NCBI RefSeq assembly: GCF_964355755.1
Contig: NC_092678.1
Location: 25,991,567-26,055,566, forward strand
Direction: 5' to 3'
Length of the DNA: 64,000 bases
Origin: Antedon mediterranea
Taxonomy: Eukaryota > Animalia > Echinodermata
This document shows, one piece after another, positions 1-13,364 of the stretch. Below the pieces are notes generated by a model, which worked only from the letters and a program-made list of their open reading frames with translations, was not told where the DNA came from and did no database searches. Each line of letters opens with the position of its first letter. The first letter of the stretch is position 1. The translations under genes were made by a program, and so were the position numbers.

Positions 1-225
1 AATTTGTTTACCTTACTTTAGGTTACTTTCAGTTAAGTTATTAATAACAGATTTGTTTGGTTAATTTGTTTACCTTACTTTAGGTTACTTTCAGTTAAGT
101 TATTAATAACAGATTTGTTTGGTTAATTTGTTTACCTTACTTTAGGTTACTTTCAGTTAAGTTATTAATAACAGATTTGTTTGGTTAATTTGTTTACCTT
201 ACTTTAGGTTACTTTCAGTTAAGTT
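1..225. repeat. 61-bp tandem repeat, ~3.7 copies, truncated by the window start
   Basis: Unit aatttgtttaccttactttaggttactttcagttaagttattaataacagatttgtttggtt recurs near-identically up to ~225. Confidence 0.9.
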
Positions 226-442
226 TTTAAACTGTATTTATTTTTTCCAATATAAAAATAGTTTTAACAATAATACTGTATAACTTACGCGTTATCCTTT
301 ATATATCAACAGCCTCACAATACTAGTTTTAGTTTCTGACGGAAACCACCTTGTGGTTCTTGAATTAAATACAAATCAATCGTGAATATTTTTATTTATT
401 CTTTAAACTGGATAGCCTCTTCAAACTACGGTACAGTTACAG

Positions 443-661
443 TTAAACAAATATTTCTTCAGTTTCACTCGCGGAAGTGAGTTGAGTGTGTGTAATTGGA
501 CCGTTTCTTTCTGGACCAAGTCTCTCCATTCCATTTTTAATGTGCATCTTCTGGAAGATTTGCTTTGGGTGATATCCAGTAGATTTTGATTTTTGCTCTT
601 CCAACTTTCTTCTAAAACTCAATGATCGCTCGTGTGCTTCTTTTGTGGCTTCCGTAAGTTC
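443..661 (-). CDS. Alternative terminal exon B of the FGD-like RhoGEF (ELTEATKEAHERSLSFRR...ETEEIFV*)
   Basis: AG acceptor at 663-662, phase 0, 73 codons ending in TAA at 445-443; continues the PH-domain C-terminal helix after ...AWLQ. Confidence 0.6.
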   Translation of the reverse strand, partial: ELTEATKEAHERSLSFRRKLEEQKSKSTGYHPKQIFQKMHIKNGMERLGPERNGPITHTQLTSASETEEIFV

Positions 662-1064
662 CTATTAATGTTTTTTTTAATAGAGAAGTTAGTATGTTAG
701 AGCAGAAGTCTGTAATATCAATGTACGTGAATTAAACATGTGACATAAAAAGGTCCATGAGAAGCGACTACAGCAATAAACTAAAGAAAGCGTCACGACG
801 CCTACAAGCAGGGCCTAGTCTGAATCCCAGATTTAGATGATATTATTCATAAATAATTATTTTTATTAACGTTAAAATGATAATATCGGGGGGTTGTTTT
901 TAAAAAGAAGTGGTTAATAAATAATTGTTTACTAAATCTAAGGATGCTAACAAAATTGCAATGATTTGACATCAGTGTAGTGAGTATTACTATTTATTAA
1001 TTTAGTATTCCAGTCCGGTATATTTAAGTGGTTAAGTAGGATATTAGTATTTAGTTAATCATCC

Positions 1065-4000
1065 TTAGTTCCACGCAAAGATTCCCCAAAATCCAGCTTT
1101 TCCTCTAGAGGTTTCACTGCAATTCTTTGGCAAACCCCTTTTACTGCCTTCTTGTTTTGTCTCTATATTTTGACTACATTCAATATCCGAATCTGTAATG
1201 TTCGACAATTCAGAATGGTGTCGTGCACGTTGGCGGCGTTTGTGATGTTCATTTTGCTTAATTCGAAAGCTTTCTTTTCTATAATATTCTTCATGCATTG
1301 TTTCTATTATTGCCTGAAAGTTGAGATGTTTTTAAGTAAAACAAATAGAAAATACATTTTCAATATTAAACAGAAAAGTCGAATTATAAAATGATTAAAA
1401 GTGAATTCAGTAAGACTTACTTGAAGCCATGCGTATTTAATGTCTTCAGAATCACATTGCATTTTTATAACCTCTGTAACAGTCCCGTCTTCTGTTGTAG
1501 ATTTGACAGTAAATGTACATCCGGTCTGATCAAGTTCATAATCATTTGCCTACATAAAATTAACACATACTAGTTTACAATTTTGGTTGGCCCCCCCCCC
1601 CCCTAGTTACTGTACCTATAACCCATTCGTCTATAGAAACTAAAGATGGAGATTATAAAAGAACCGTTTTACCTTGATCCTCTCATACACATACTAGTTT
1701 ACAATTTTGGTTGTCCTCCTCCCCTAGCTACTGTACCTATAACCCATTCGTCTATAGAAACTAAAGATGGAGATTATAAAAGAACCGTTTTACCTTTATC
1801 CTCTCATACACATACTAGTTTACAATTTGGTTGTCCTCCTCCCCTAGTTACTGTACCTATAACCCATTCGTCTATAGAAACTAAAGATGGAGATTATAAA
1901 AGAACCGTTTTACTTTGATCCTCTCATACACATACTATAGTTTACAATTTGGTTGTCCTCCTCCCCTAGCTACTGTACCTATAACCCATTCGTCTATAGA
2001 AACTAAAGATGGAGATTATAAAAGAACGGTTTTATCTTTATCCTCTCATACACATACTAGTTTACAATTTGGTTGTCCTCCTCCCCTAGTTACTGTACCT
2101 ATAACCCATTCGTCTATAGAAACTAAAGATGGAGATTATAAAAGAACGGTTTTATCTTTATCCTCTCATACACATACTAGTTTACAATTTGGTTTTCCTC
2201 CTCCCCTAGCTACTGTACCTATAACCCATTCGTCTATTAGAAACTAAAGATGGAGATTATAAAAGAACCGTTTTACCTTGATCCTCTCATACACATACTA
2301 GTTTACAATTTGGTTGTCCTCCTCCCCTAGCTACTGTACCTATAACCCATTCGTCTATAGAAACTAAAGATGGAGATTATAAAAGAACCGTTTTACCTTT
2401 ATCCTCTCATACACATACTAGTTTACAATTTTGGTTGTCCTCCTCCCCTAGTTACTGTACCTATAACCCATTCGTCTATAGAAACTAAAGATGGAGATTA
2501 TAAAAGAACGGTTTTATCTTTATCCTCTCATACACATACTAGTTTACAATTTGGTTGTCCTCCTCCCCTAGTTACTGTACCTATAACCCATTCGTCTATA
2601 GAAACTAAAGATGGAGATTATAAAAGAACCGTTTTACCTTTATCCTCTCATACACATACTAGTTTACAATTTGGTTGTCCTCCTCCCCTAGCTACTGTAC
2701 CTATAACCCATTCGTCTATTAGAAACTAAAGATGGAGATTATAAAAGAACCGTTTTACCTTGATCCTCTCATACAAATACTAGTTTACAATTTGGTTGTC
2801 CTCCTCCCCTAGTTACTGTACCTATAACCCATTCGTCTATAGAAACTAAAGATGGAGATAATAAAAGAACGGTTTTATCTTTATCCTCTCATACACATAC
2901 TAGTTTACAATTTGGTTTTCCTCCTCCCCTAGTTACTGTACCTATAACCCATTCGTCTATAGAAACTAAAGATGGAGATTATAAAAGAACCGTTTTACCT
3001 TTATCCTCTCATACACATACTAGTTTACAATTTTGGTTGTCCTCCTCCCCTAGTTACTGTACCTATAACCCATTCGTCTATAGAAACTAAAGATGGAGAT
3101 TATAAAAGAACCGTTTTACCTTGATCCTCTCATACACATACTAGTTTACAATTTTGGTTGTCCTCCTCCCCTAGTTACTGTACCTATAACCCATTCGTCT
3201 ATAGAAACTAAAGATGGAGATTATAAAAGAACCGTTTTATCTTTATCCTCTCATACACATACTAGTTTAAAATTTTGGTTGTCCTCCTCCCCTAGTTACT
3301 GTACCTATAACCCATTCGTCTATAGAAACTAAAGATGGAGATTATAAAAGAACCGTTTTACCTTGATCCTCTCATACACATACTAGTTTACAATTTTGGC
3401 TGTCCTCCTCCCCTAGCTACTGTATCTATAACCCATTCGTCTATAGAAACTAAAGATGGAGATTATAAAAGAACCGTTTTACCTTGATCCTCTCCACATT
3501 CAACTTGTATTTGACCTTTAATGTTTCATTTCCCGATAACATCTTCTTGGTTGGTGTACACACCATCAACATATCATTGAACTACGATTAAAATAAACCA
3601 TGTTATTCATGATTGTAATGCGTGTGAAAAAAAATATTGACTATACATTTTTATTGGACGTGTATATGGAAAAACCCTAAGAGCATCAAGGGTAAACGAA
3701 GTTTATTAAAATTGTACTGTATTGTTATAATATTATTTAAAATCATAATATAAATAAAGTAAATTAGATGATGATAATTATAATATTATAAATAATAATT
3801 AACTTAATTTTCATTTCTATAGCACCTTTATAAGAACAGGTCATCTAATCTGGTGAACATTACTTTTTTTTTAACCGTCACTGATAATTTTATTTTATTT
3901 TATTTTATTTCATACTCATCCAACAGCGAGTAACTCGCCAATAACAGGATGGATAAACTATTTAATAATTTCACAAGACAAACATATACACAAGATGCTC

Positions 4001-7000
4001 TACATAAACAAAGACTTATTATTAAGTCTTTGGGACTTGCGTAATGTGAGGTTTTGACATAGTTGGGCCAAGCTTTGAGGAGAACGACCGATAGCACCTC
4101 TTGCTTTCATTATTTTCCAATATAATATATATATATATATGTCTTACCAAAAAGATTCGTTTTTGTTCGAGACCATTTTTACCCAGCATTAGTACGTTGC
4201 CTTCTTTAATGATTTCTCTAGTTGGCGTCACTATTTTTTCTCCGTCAATCATTTTTCCTATTGTGATGAGTCTTAGTCTCATTTCCTTAATTATTAAAAA
4301 TAAAGTTTCATTTCTTAATTTATTAGGTCTGTGTGAGTGACACCAATGTGATATTACGCATCAAGTATGTGATATAACGCATCAAGTATGTGATATAACG
4401 CATCAAGTATGTGATATAACGCATCAAGTATGTGATATAACGCATCAAGTATGGGATATTACGCATCAAGTATGGGATATTACGCATCAAGTATGGGATA
4501 TTACGCATCAAGTATGTGATATAACGCATCAAGTATGTGATATAACGCATCAAGTATGTGATATAACGCATCAAGTATGGGATATTACGCATCACGTATG
4601 GGATATTACGCATCACGTATGGGATATTACGCATCACGTATGGGATATTACGCGTCACGTATGAGATATTACGCGTCAAGTATGTGATATTACGCATCAC
4701 GTATGGGATATTACGCATCAAGTATGGGATATTACGCATCAAGTATGGGATATTACGCATCACGTATGGGATATTACGCATCACGTATGGGATATTACGC
4801 GTCAAGTATGTGATATTACGCGTCAAGTATGTGATATTACGCATCAAATAAGGATATTACGCATCAGTATGGGATATTACGCATCAAGTATTGGACATAA
4901 GTATTGGACATTACGTATCAAGTATGGGATATTACGCATACGTATGTGGTATTACGCGTCAAGTATGGGATATTACGCATCAAGTACAGGATATTACGCA
5001 TCAAGTATTGGATATTACGCATCACGTATGGGATATTACGCATCAAGTATGGCATGTTACTAATCTTAGTAAGTTTACAATATGTTGTTCAAATACAAGA
5101 AAAATTGAGGTAAGTCACTTAGTTATTTTGACAGCAAATATTTTTTATGTTTGAAAGCAATGATAATACACTATATCTTAATGTTGTTGTATCTCCAGCT
5201 GCTTTGCGGAGTATGTTTTTTAAAGTAAAGCAACGTGTAGCTACTGACTTACCCTCGACTTGATAAAATCATTTGCATGTTGCGCGGCTTCCTTGATGAT
5301 CCCTAAACCCTCTACAACATAAAACAAACATGTTATTATAATGTTTGGTTTGGAATATTTTGTCAAAATTATGTAAAACGTGCAGGCTACTTACTCTCTG
5401 TTTCGTCTCTATCTTCTGAATTGTCTGGTAGTTTCTTAAGATATCCTAAATAAAAGTAATACATACTGTTAATCCACAGTCGTGATAACTCCAAACGCGA
5501 AGCGGCTAACTGTTCAGTTGTCTACAGAAAATTAAGTAATCCCAAGAAAATATCTATGATTCTCTATACATCACACACTGTATCCCACTGTATACCTGAA
5601 TGTCAACCATTTCAAACAGAATTGATAAATAGAATCAAAATTGTTATCAAAAAATAGTGGATGACTTGTTTTTAATGTGTTTTTTAAAATGTTTTTAGTT
5701 AGTTTAGTCTTTTTTAAAGAGGGTAACCCAGATCAGTGATATCACTGCTTTCCACTGAGGCCCTCTAGTCACCATAATGTTAGGGCCTTACTTTCTAAAA
5801 ATAATTGGTAGCGTGGTAACCGCTGAACAGGTTCCAGCATGTGCTCTTTTAGACCGATCCGACCACAGATCTTCCTTTTCTATAAAATATGAAAATCAAA
5901 TAAATTTATATATCATACCTTAATCTCATTAATCATATTATTTTCTATTAAAAAAGTAAACCAAAATTAGTAGGAAACGTAATTATTGTGACATAAGGCA
6001 TTTGAAAAATATGAAAATTAATTGTTGTTATATTAATTATTAATCTTACCTGGATGTTTTTCAAGAGATTGTTGAATTTGGATGACTTGGATGTCCACTT
6101 ATCAAGAGCTTCTATAGCGTCATCCATGTCACACACATATATTGAATAGAGCTTAAACATTGGAGCATATTTACTCATGATATCACCGATCCTTTTTTGC
6201 TTTTTCCTTAACAAATAAATATTGTAAAATGTTATGTAAATGTACTGGCATAGAGAGACTTCAAACCTCCCAGTGATGATATTCTAGAAAACAAAATTAA
6301 TATTTCTGACCAAATAAACGATTCAGTTCAAACCCTAGACCAATCATTGATTTAGCTTTTATTACTAATGTTTTAAGTCATTATGAATAACTAAGGAGGA
6401 TTGGGTACCATTCGTGCAGCCTCTTCTTCAGCTCTGGTAACAGATGATCCCTGTGCAGTGAATTAATTTCAGGTGTGTTTGAAAATATTGTCTCCAGAAC
6501 ATCTGAGCTAAAATATCGGTGCTTTTCATTTTCACGAGCAATTGTTTCAAGAAAAATCTACATTGAATTAGAAAATAAATATATTAATTGGTCTGCAAAA
6601 GGAATCTCACAGTACATTATATCCATGTTTCGTGACTGGAAACACAACTTTTGTAGGCGTGTGCAAACGCGACTCTATAGCTCACAACTATGTCGGTCGG
6701 TCGGTCGATCGGTAAACACTAACTAAAATTTATGCACGCGACGGCAGCCATGTATATGGCCTTGTCCATATTCTAAACGAATGTACACTAGTAATATTAC
6801 TGTATACTTGTTGTGCGTTATCTATTTATCTCAATATGCCATCATATCGTGACCTTTATCTAATGACCTCAAGTGGACATGTCTAAGTGTTCCTACATTC
6901 TGAACATACTATATTTATATTCGTCATCTATAAATCATTTGTAATCTAAATTACTATATTAATATTCGTCATCTATTATTAATCATTTGTCATCTAAAGA

Positions 7001-10000
7001 AGAACCTCTTTTCACCTGAGGATTGAGGACCACATTTTGTTACATGCGTCCATTACTCGTGGTTAGTGATGACAACACACTCACACGCTTGCGAAACACA
7101 TACTTGTCAAAAACTATTGTATACGAACCTTGTCTAGTAAAAACAATTTACTAACGTATGATTGTTCGGTTGTAACAAGTTCATAGACAATCTTGTAGCA
7201 ACCATCGTCGTCGTTTTTAGGAGCTAGCTCCTCGAGACTCGTACTCTGACAACAAAAACCCCAATATAGAATTAATTATGTTAGAAAAAATTATTTGTCA
7301 CACGGAGATCAGAATAACCTTTCTGTGTATTCTCACTTATGTTTAAATGCAATTCAGTAATGGAGTTACTTCTTACCATTGGCGAAGGAAAATCGTCATA
7401 TAGTTCCTCTGCAGTAATAGTTGTTGTACCACCCAGTCCTCGTAATCTTGGTAAAGAGAACCTGTGATTGTTATCATCCACTTTTTTCAACTGATTTGCT
7501 CTTTTGCGTCGTATAGTTGGTAGGCTCATTCTCGGAGAGAGAGTATCGAGGTTGAAGTTAGTATCTCTCCTAAAATGGAGATTAAAATCATCTTCAAATT
7601 GTCCTGGTGTTACTACTGGCTTAGTTCGCCTGTTTTCTATTTCTGGTGGTGATAGGGTGATCTCGGGACCTGAAGTGAGGTTACTTCTTGAAGAATTCAT
7701 TCGTCCAAAGTCTAGAGACTTTGGACGAATGACAAATGGGGATGTACCGTGGGTTTGAATATCTACATCAGGTAGTTTAGTCAATTGAGCAGTGTTCAAG
7801 CGTTGACTTGTTGTTGAATTAAAAACATAATTCGCATCTAGTGACTTTGGACGCACAGGAGACAATTGTTGCGTCTTTTTAAATGATTCAACTACACTAA
7901 TTGTATGTACGAAAAAGTCTCTATTTTCGTTATCCAATTCTTGTAAGGAATCGGAATTTGATGTGTCCTCCTCTTTCTTCAAAACATCAGCATTGGAAGA
8001 TCTATCAATACCCGTTGAACTATTTGAATTTGATGTGTCCTCATCATTCTCTAAAACATCAGCATTGGAATATCTATCAATACCCGTTGAGCTATTTGAA
8101 TTTGATATGTCCTCATCATTCTCTAAAACATCAACATTGGAAGATCTATCAATGCCCGTTGAACTATTTGAATTTGATGTGTCCTCATCATTCTCCAAAA
8201 CATCAGCATTGGAATATCTATCAATACCCGTTGAGCTATTTGAATTTGATGTGTCCTCATCATTCTCCAAAACATCAACATTGGAAGATCTATCAATGCC
8301 CGTTGAACTATTTGAATTTGATGTGTCCTCATCATTCTCCAAAACATCAACATTGGAAGATCTATCAATGCCCGTTGAACTATTTGAATTTGATGTGTCC
8401 TCATCATTCTCCAAAACATCAGCATTGGAATATCTATCAATACCCGTTGAACTATTTGAATTTGATGTGTCCTCATCATTCTCAAAAACATCAGCATTGG
8501 AAGATCTATCAATACCCGTTGAACTATTTGAATGTCTTTGACGGCTTCGAGATGTATGATTTATATCATTGTAATTGTCATATGCATTGCCATAGGCTAA
8601 TATTTCAGTATTTTTTTCAAAAGAACTCGTTATGTCTGAACATCCATTGAGTCCAGACTTTGTAGAGTTATTTATTTCAAAGCTATGAGACGCCTCTACT
8701 GTAGTACATACTGGTTCAATACCTTGTGATGAGCTATGAGACGCATCAACGGTAGTACATACTGGTTCAATGCTTTGTGATGAAATAGTTTCATTACCCC
8801 GAAGTTCGGTTTGAAATATTTGTTCATAATCCGCATTAGTTTCTTTCACTTTGTTATGATCAGAGTCCGAATATTCTAATGATTGATCAGAGCAGGATAG
8901 GGGCGATGGTTGAGTTGGTATGACACAACATTCAACTTTGTTATGATCAGAGTCCGAATGTTCTAATGATTGATCAGAGCAGGATAGGGGCGATGGTTGA
9001 GTTGGTATGACACAACATTCATCGTCAGTCTGATTATCAAGTGTTTCAGTATTCGACCAGGTATGTAAACTACTGTAAAATCCATCATTGTATTGCATTG
9101 AAACAGACAGGTTTGCCATCGTCGCATTTAATGTTACACAATTTTCATTCAGATGTTCTTGCTCTAGCGACGGCTGAAGTAAATCTGGCATACTTTGAGT
9201 TCCGTTACTACGATTACTAATTTTCTCTTTGAAGTCTTTTGACGCATTTATATTTAGTAAAATTGCGCCGCCAGAATTTGTTTTTTCCATACTTTCGTTG
9301 ATGTCTCCAGTGGAATTATGGTTTTTGTCCATTTTAACAGTTGGAATATTTGAATTCAATAGTTTACCACATGAATGTAATGATCGTGATACCGACGACG
9401 TGTCGTGGTGTAAATCTGTGTTAGCGTTGGTGTGCAATGGACACAAATCATGTCTTATGGTTTTACTTGAGAGTGATTCCTCTGATCTAGGTCTCCTATG
9501 ATGTTCTAAAATGAAACTACGATCACATGTGGTACAATCTGAAAGTGATCTCATACGCTTAAATTCCACCAAAGAATCTAACTCATCACTACCTTTATAA
9601 TATGTTTCATTTGAGAAATCATCTTTTGATGTACTTTCAGCAACATGGTTATGTTTGATATTTCCACAACAATCTATGTTCTGCTTAATATGTTCTGATC
9701 TATAACCAGTTTCTTTGTTATCATCATTTTCTTGATCATTAGAACGTAGTAAGTAGTAATCAATCGACGATTGGTCTTCTTCGCCGTCAGTCACCGAGTT
9801 TTCGTAAGAGAATCGTTTCTCTGATTGGTTATTTGCTGTTTCTGTAGACACATTTAGGTCACATGACTGTTTTGAAGACATGTAAACTGGCGTCATTAAA
9901 CGTTTTACTACGTCACCCGAAATTCGAAGTTTGTGACGTTGTGTGAGATCTGGTCCGGTCTCCATCACATGATTTTCAGGCGGCAAGTGAATGGTCTGTT

Positions 10001-10057
10001 TTTGGGGTGAATATGCGTGACGTAAACTGCTGGTCCTCTTCACCTTAGATGAACCTC
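1065..10057 (-). CDS. FGD-family (Cdc42-type) DH-PH RhoGEF, spliced, with a long low-complexity N-terminal exon
   Basis: Phase-consistent GT-AG exons 10057-7377, 7245-7129, 6557-6409, 6206-6050, 5879-5792, 5445-5395, 5311-5253, 4285-4148, 3581-3483, 1549-1421, 1313-1065. DH motifs [30 protein letters not shown] and [16 protein letters not shown] (FGD-type), then PH motifs REIIKEG and [11 protein letters not shown]. First coding exon uncertain. Confidence 0.85.
1562..3493. repeat. ~120-bp tandem array (~16 copies) forming almost the whole RhoGEF intron and including the exon end and 5' splice site
   Basis: Unit cacatactagtttacaatttggttgtcctcctcccctag...gaaccgttttaccttgatcctctcata; the last copy runs into exon 3581-3483. 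Confidence 0.95.
4347..5051. repeat. 21-bp minisatellite (gatattacgcatcaagtatgg), intronic
   Basis: About 33 copies; source of spurious [14 protein letters not shown] ORFs. Confidence 0.95.
7953..8532 (-). repeat. Coding 72-bp (24-aa) tandem repeat, ~8 copies, [24 protein letters not shown]
   Basis: In frame within the 930-aa ORF; 72-nt period (8011 vs 8083). Confidence 0.95.
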
Positions 10058-11634
10058 CTAGATTTATACGCAAACAAACAAATATTAATGGTAGAATATT
10101 TCAAACTAAGAATTTGAATATAATTAATAATTATTTAAAACACTTAATATTAAACGTTGAACACTTTTTTTCTTTTTAAAGTTACCCTTTTAAAACCGCG
10201 GATAAATTATGCATGTATACAATATACATGTATACAATGATGGAATATGTTTCCAATAAGTGGGTGTATTTAATGTGTACGAAAGTTAACTTTTTTTAGA
10301 AGGCAGTGATTGGCATCAACTGTAGTGTGAATATTGTCTATCGGAGCGTTTGATTCAAGCAGAGATGCGGCCTAGTGATTCACTAACTAGATACAGTAAT
10401 AAACCCAGCACCAGCTGTTTCTTTTTCTAAACTAGCGCTGCTGAATTTGATGTATATATGATATTATTTTTAACAACAAATACAATATGTAAACAGATTA
10501 AATATTCATTGTCGTAATATAATCACTTCATTGTTTTTTTCTATGTAATTTCAAACATTAAAATTGTCATATTTTGCTATTATTACTTTTAGTGATACTC
10601 ATGTTTTGAAATGTAAATTTTATATCTTTTACAATTAGGCTAGGTCTGTACAATTATAATGGTTGAACACTGATTGGTTACTGCTCTATAAATCGGGAAT
10701 ATGGACCATGCACTGGACTTTAGAAATTTCGTTGAATAGAAATTTGATTAATGAACGTGAACCTTTATTATGTTTTCTCTACACTTCAGTGCCAACTACG
10801 TTGATGTTTTCTGCAGTCTATCCTCCCCTTTATTTACCAAATTTTAAGATACACGTATCATAATGCTGTTTAAATTTACCCATGCCACTAATAAACGGTG
10901 TGGCGCCGCTAAGTAAACTAAAATAGTGTAGGGCCTATTGTTAAACGCCCTTTGAACCATGCTAATGAAAATACTGTAATATATATAATTTAAAACTAAA
11001 TGTGACAACGTTATTTATAATATCATCGCAGAGCTATGTGTTATTATTGATTCATTTTATAATGTTACTTTTAAAATGTTGACATTTTCTTTGTATCCTA
11101 ACTAACAATATGAACACCGTACAAACAACAACCTGTTCAGACCCTGTTGTACAGTCCTTCAGGCTAGTGAACAATGACAAGACTGTAAACAGAAAATGCA
11201 TTCCACTGGTAATAATATACGGAAAGGGTAAAGTGTATAGGGGTTTTTTACGGTCACTTGTAAAATCTTAAAGGGCTTTATGATGGTGTATAATGTATTA
11301 TTCTACTTTAGGTGAAATAGGTTAGATTATACGGCACAGTTTGTAAGGGAAAAGAAAACCCTTATACTTATTTTGATGGTAAAGTTAGCGAAAGAAATGC
11401 TGAAATGTGTATACTGCACTTAACAGGGAACCTTACTCATCGACTAAACAATAAGTTGTATAGGCCATGTATCATGAATGATGTTTAAAAATGTGAAATG
11501 TTCGTCAAACCTTGTAATTTGTACACTAGGGCCTATTATTATAATTCTGTAAACACATGCTCCTATTCAAAATATACAGTATTTATTTACCAGCTTTACG
11601 CTTTTACACTTATACCTTTTAAACTAATTTTGTG

Positions 11635-12232
11635 CTAGTTTTCGAGTTTGGACGACAAGATACATCTGTTCTTAATCATCGTCTTTTTCTTTGATTCAGC
11701 ATTTAATACATTTTGTGGGTCAATTACTTCGACAAAGTCGGAATGCAAAACATATTTCAACTCACCTTTCGATGCATCAGGAATTCTAAACAGTGTACTT
11801 AATCCCGAATAATAATGTTTATGCTCAATTACAATACGAATGTTACATTCAACACCAGGACCACATTCATCACTTTTCTGGAAACGAACACCGTCAATAT
11901 ACGGCTGTAATGGTCCTTTGCGGTAACAATTCCAAACTGTTCGTAGGTCAGTCAGATTTATAAAAATAATTTGTAACATAACAGCAGCAGAATAATCTGC
12001 TTTTGTCACGATTCTTGTTGGGTAACGAGCGAAAAGTAGACAAAGTGAACAATAAGTGTCCGCTTCATCGAATTCTGCTTCGGAAGTCGTGACTGAAGAG
12101 GGCGGAAAAGTTTCCTTCAAATCTAGCCAATTTAATACTTGTTGTATTGTAGAAGTTGAGCTGTCCGTTCTTGATGATTCAACTATTAATTTCACTGGTA
12201 AGACTATAGTAAATGATAAATTAGTTTTACGT
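11635..12232 (-). CDS. Orphan coding exon (~190 aa) of unknown function
   Basis: Long non-repetitive open frame in AT-rich DNA with globular-like composition, ending in TAG; AG acceptors at its 5' end (12234-12233 and ~12196-12195). Confidence 0.55.
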
Positions 12233-12692
12233 CTAGAAAACTAGTTTAAAATTTTTTAGGCCTATCTTGCTTTGTATAATATCGACGTAACGATTTAAAG
12301 ATTTTCACCATGAAAAACAATTGTGGAATATGCCATTTTAATATCACATATTTTAAAATTTGAATTTGAGTTTTTGTAAAATTATTACAGATATACACTG
12401 TTAACAATACAACGTCAAACAACTGGTCTACCCCGTTCTAAGTTGTTACCGTATAGTTTAATACGAATTGATAAATAAACCATAAATGTACTATTGCAGT
12501 CGTGATTATAAATATGTATAAATAACAAATGTGTATTGGGTTTATATATATATTTATATATTGGGTATATTGGGTTATGTGAGGAGGCAGGACGTCACTA
12601 AAAGCCGAATGGTTTGAATGTCGTCAAAGAACGAAATTATATGTATCCTTGTGAACTGATTCTGCAACTCAGAAATAAAAATCTAAACTCAC

Positions 12693-12822
12693 CAAATTGA
12701 ACTGAATGTGTTCCACCAATAGTATTATGAGGTACTTCCCTTTTTTGTCGGGAAGGTTTTGTTGAATGTCTACGAAACGAACGTTGTGTAGTAAAATCGC
12801 CCGGTTGTTTTGGCCCAGCCAT
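12693..12822 (-). CDS. Candidate first coding exon (MAGPKQPGDFTTQRSFRRH...SVQF)
   Basis: ATG at 12822, strong donor G|GTGAGT at 12692, phase 1; compatible with the RhoGEF exon at 10057 and with the acceptor at ~12195. Confidence 0.4.
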
Positions 12823-13364
12823 TTGTGTACATTAATTACCACCGCAGTATAGAATTTGAACTTTAGTACCTGATCTGTTCTTCCATGGTCATTTACTGTA
12901 TGTTCTCTTTGGTTAGATAACTGTATCAAAAGTCAAAAGCGTTCCGGCGGATTAAAAGTCTAATACAACTGTGTACTGGAAGGTGGATTCACGGAATAAA
13001 AGGCCACTAGAATTTAAGGATTAGTGTGAACTTGGCTACTGAGGAGATCGTCTATAAATTCAGTAGTCATCGTCCGAGTAAAACGTCTATAATTATTGTT
13101 TGGACACTCAACTCATGTTTGCATAATGTTAGAAGTGTAAATATTTCAGTTATGTACCTATCTCTAAAGTAACAGAGTGTTCTCTAGAGTGCCTCAGAAA
13201 GGTAGATTAACCCTAACCCTAACCCATAATGGGGTTATTCCCATCTCCCAATTCTAAAATAAAAACTGAAACTAGTGTAGAATACGACCAATCGTAATTG
13301 ATATAAAACTAGTGCCGCTATTAATACTACTCTTCTATAGGAGAAACATTAATTAATAATCATC

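Noticed and set aside
1646-3332. Repetitive ORFs ([19 protein letters not shown]...)
   Set aside because: Antisense translations of the intronic 120-bp array, with frameshifts between copies
4022-4147. In-frame read-through of the RhoGEF exon into its intron as an extra C-terminus
   Set aside because: Strong GTAAGA donor at 4147, and the extension crosses an (AT)n tract; no further support
4323-5154. 174-aa MRNIPYL repeat ORF and overlapping ORFs
   Set aside because: Arise from the stop-free 21-bp minisatellite
7901-8650. + strand 249-aa and 192-aa ORFs
   Set aside because: Antisense shadows of the 72-bp coding repeat of the RhoGEF
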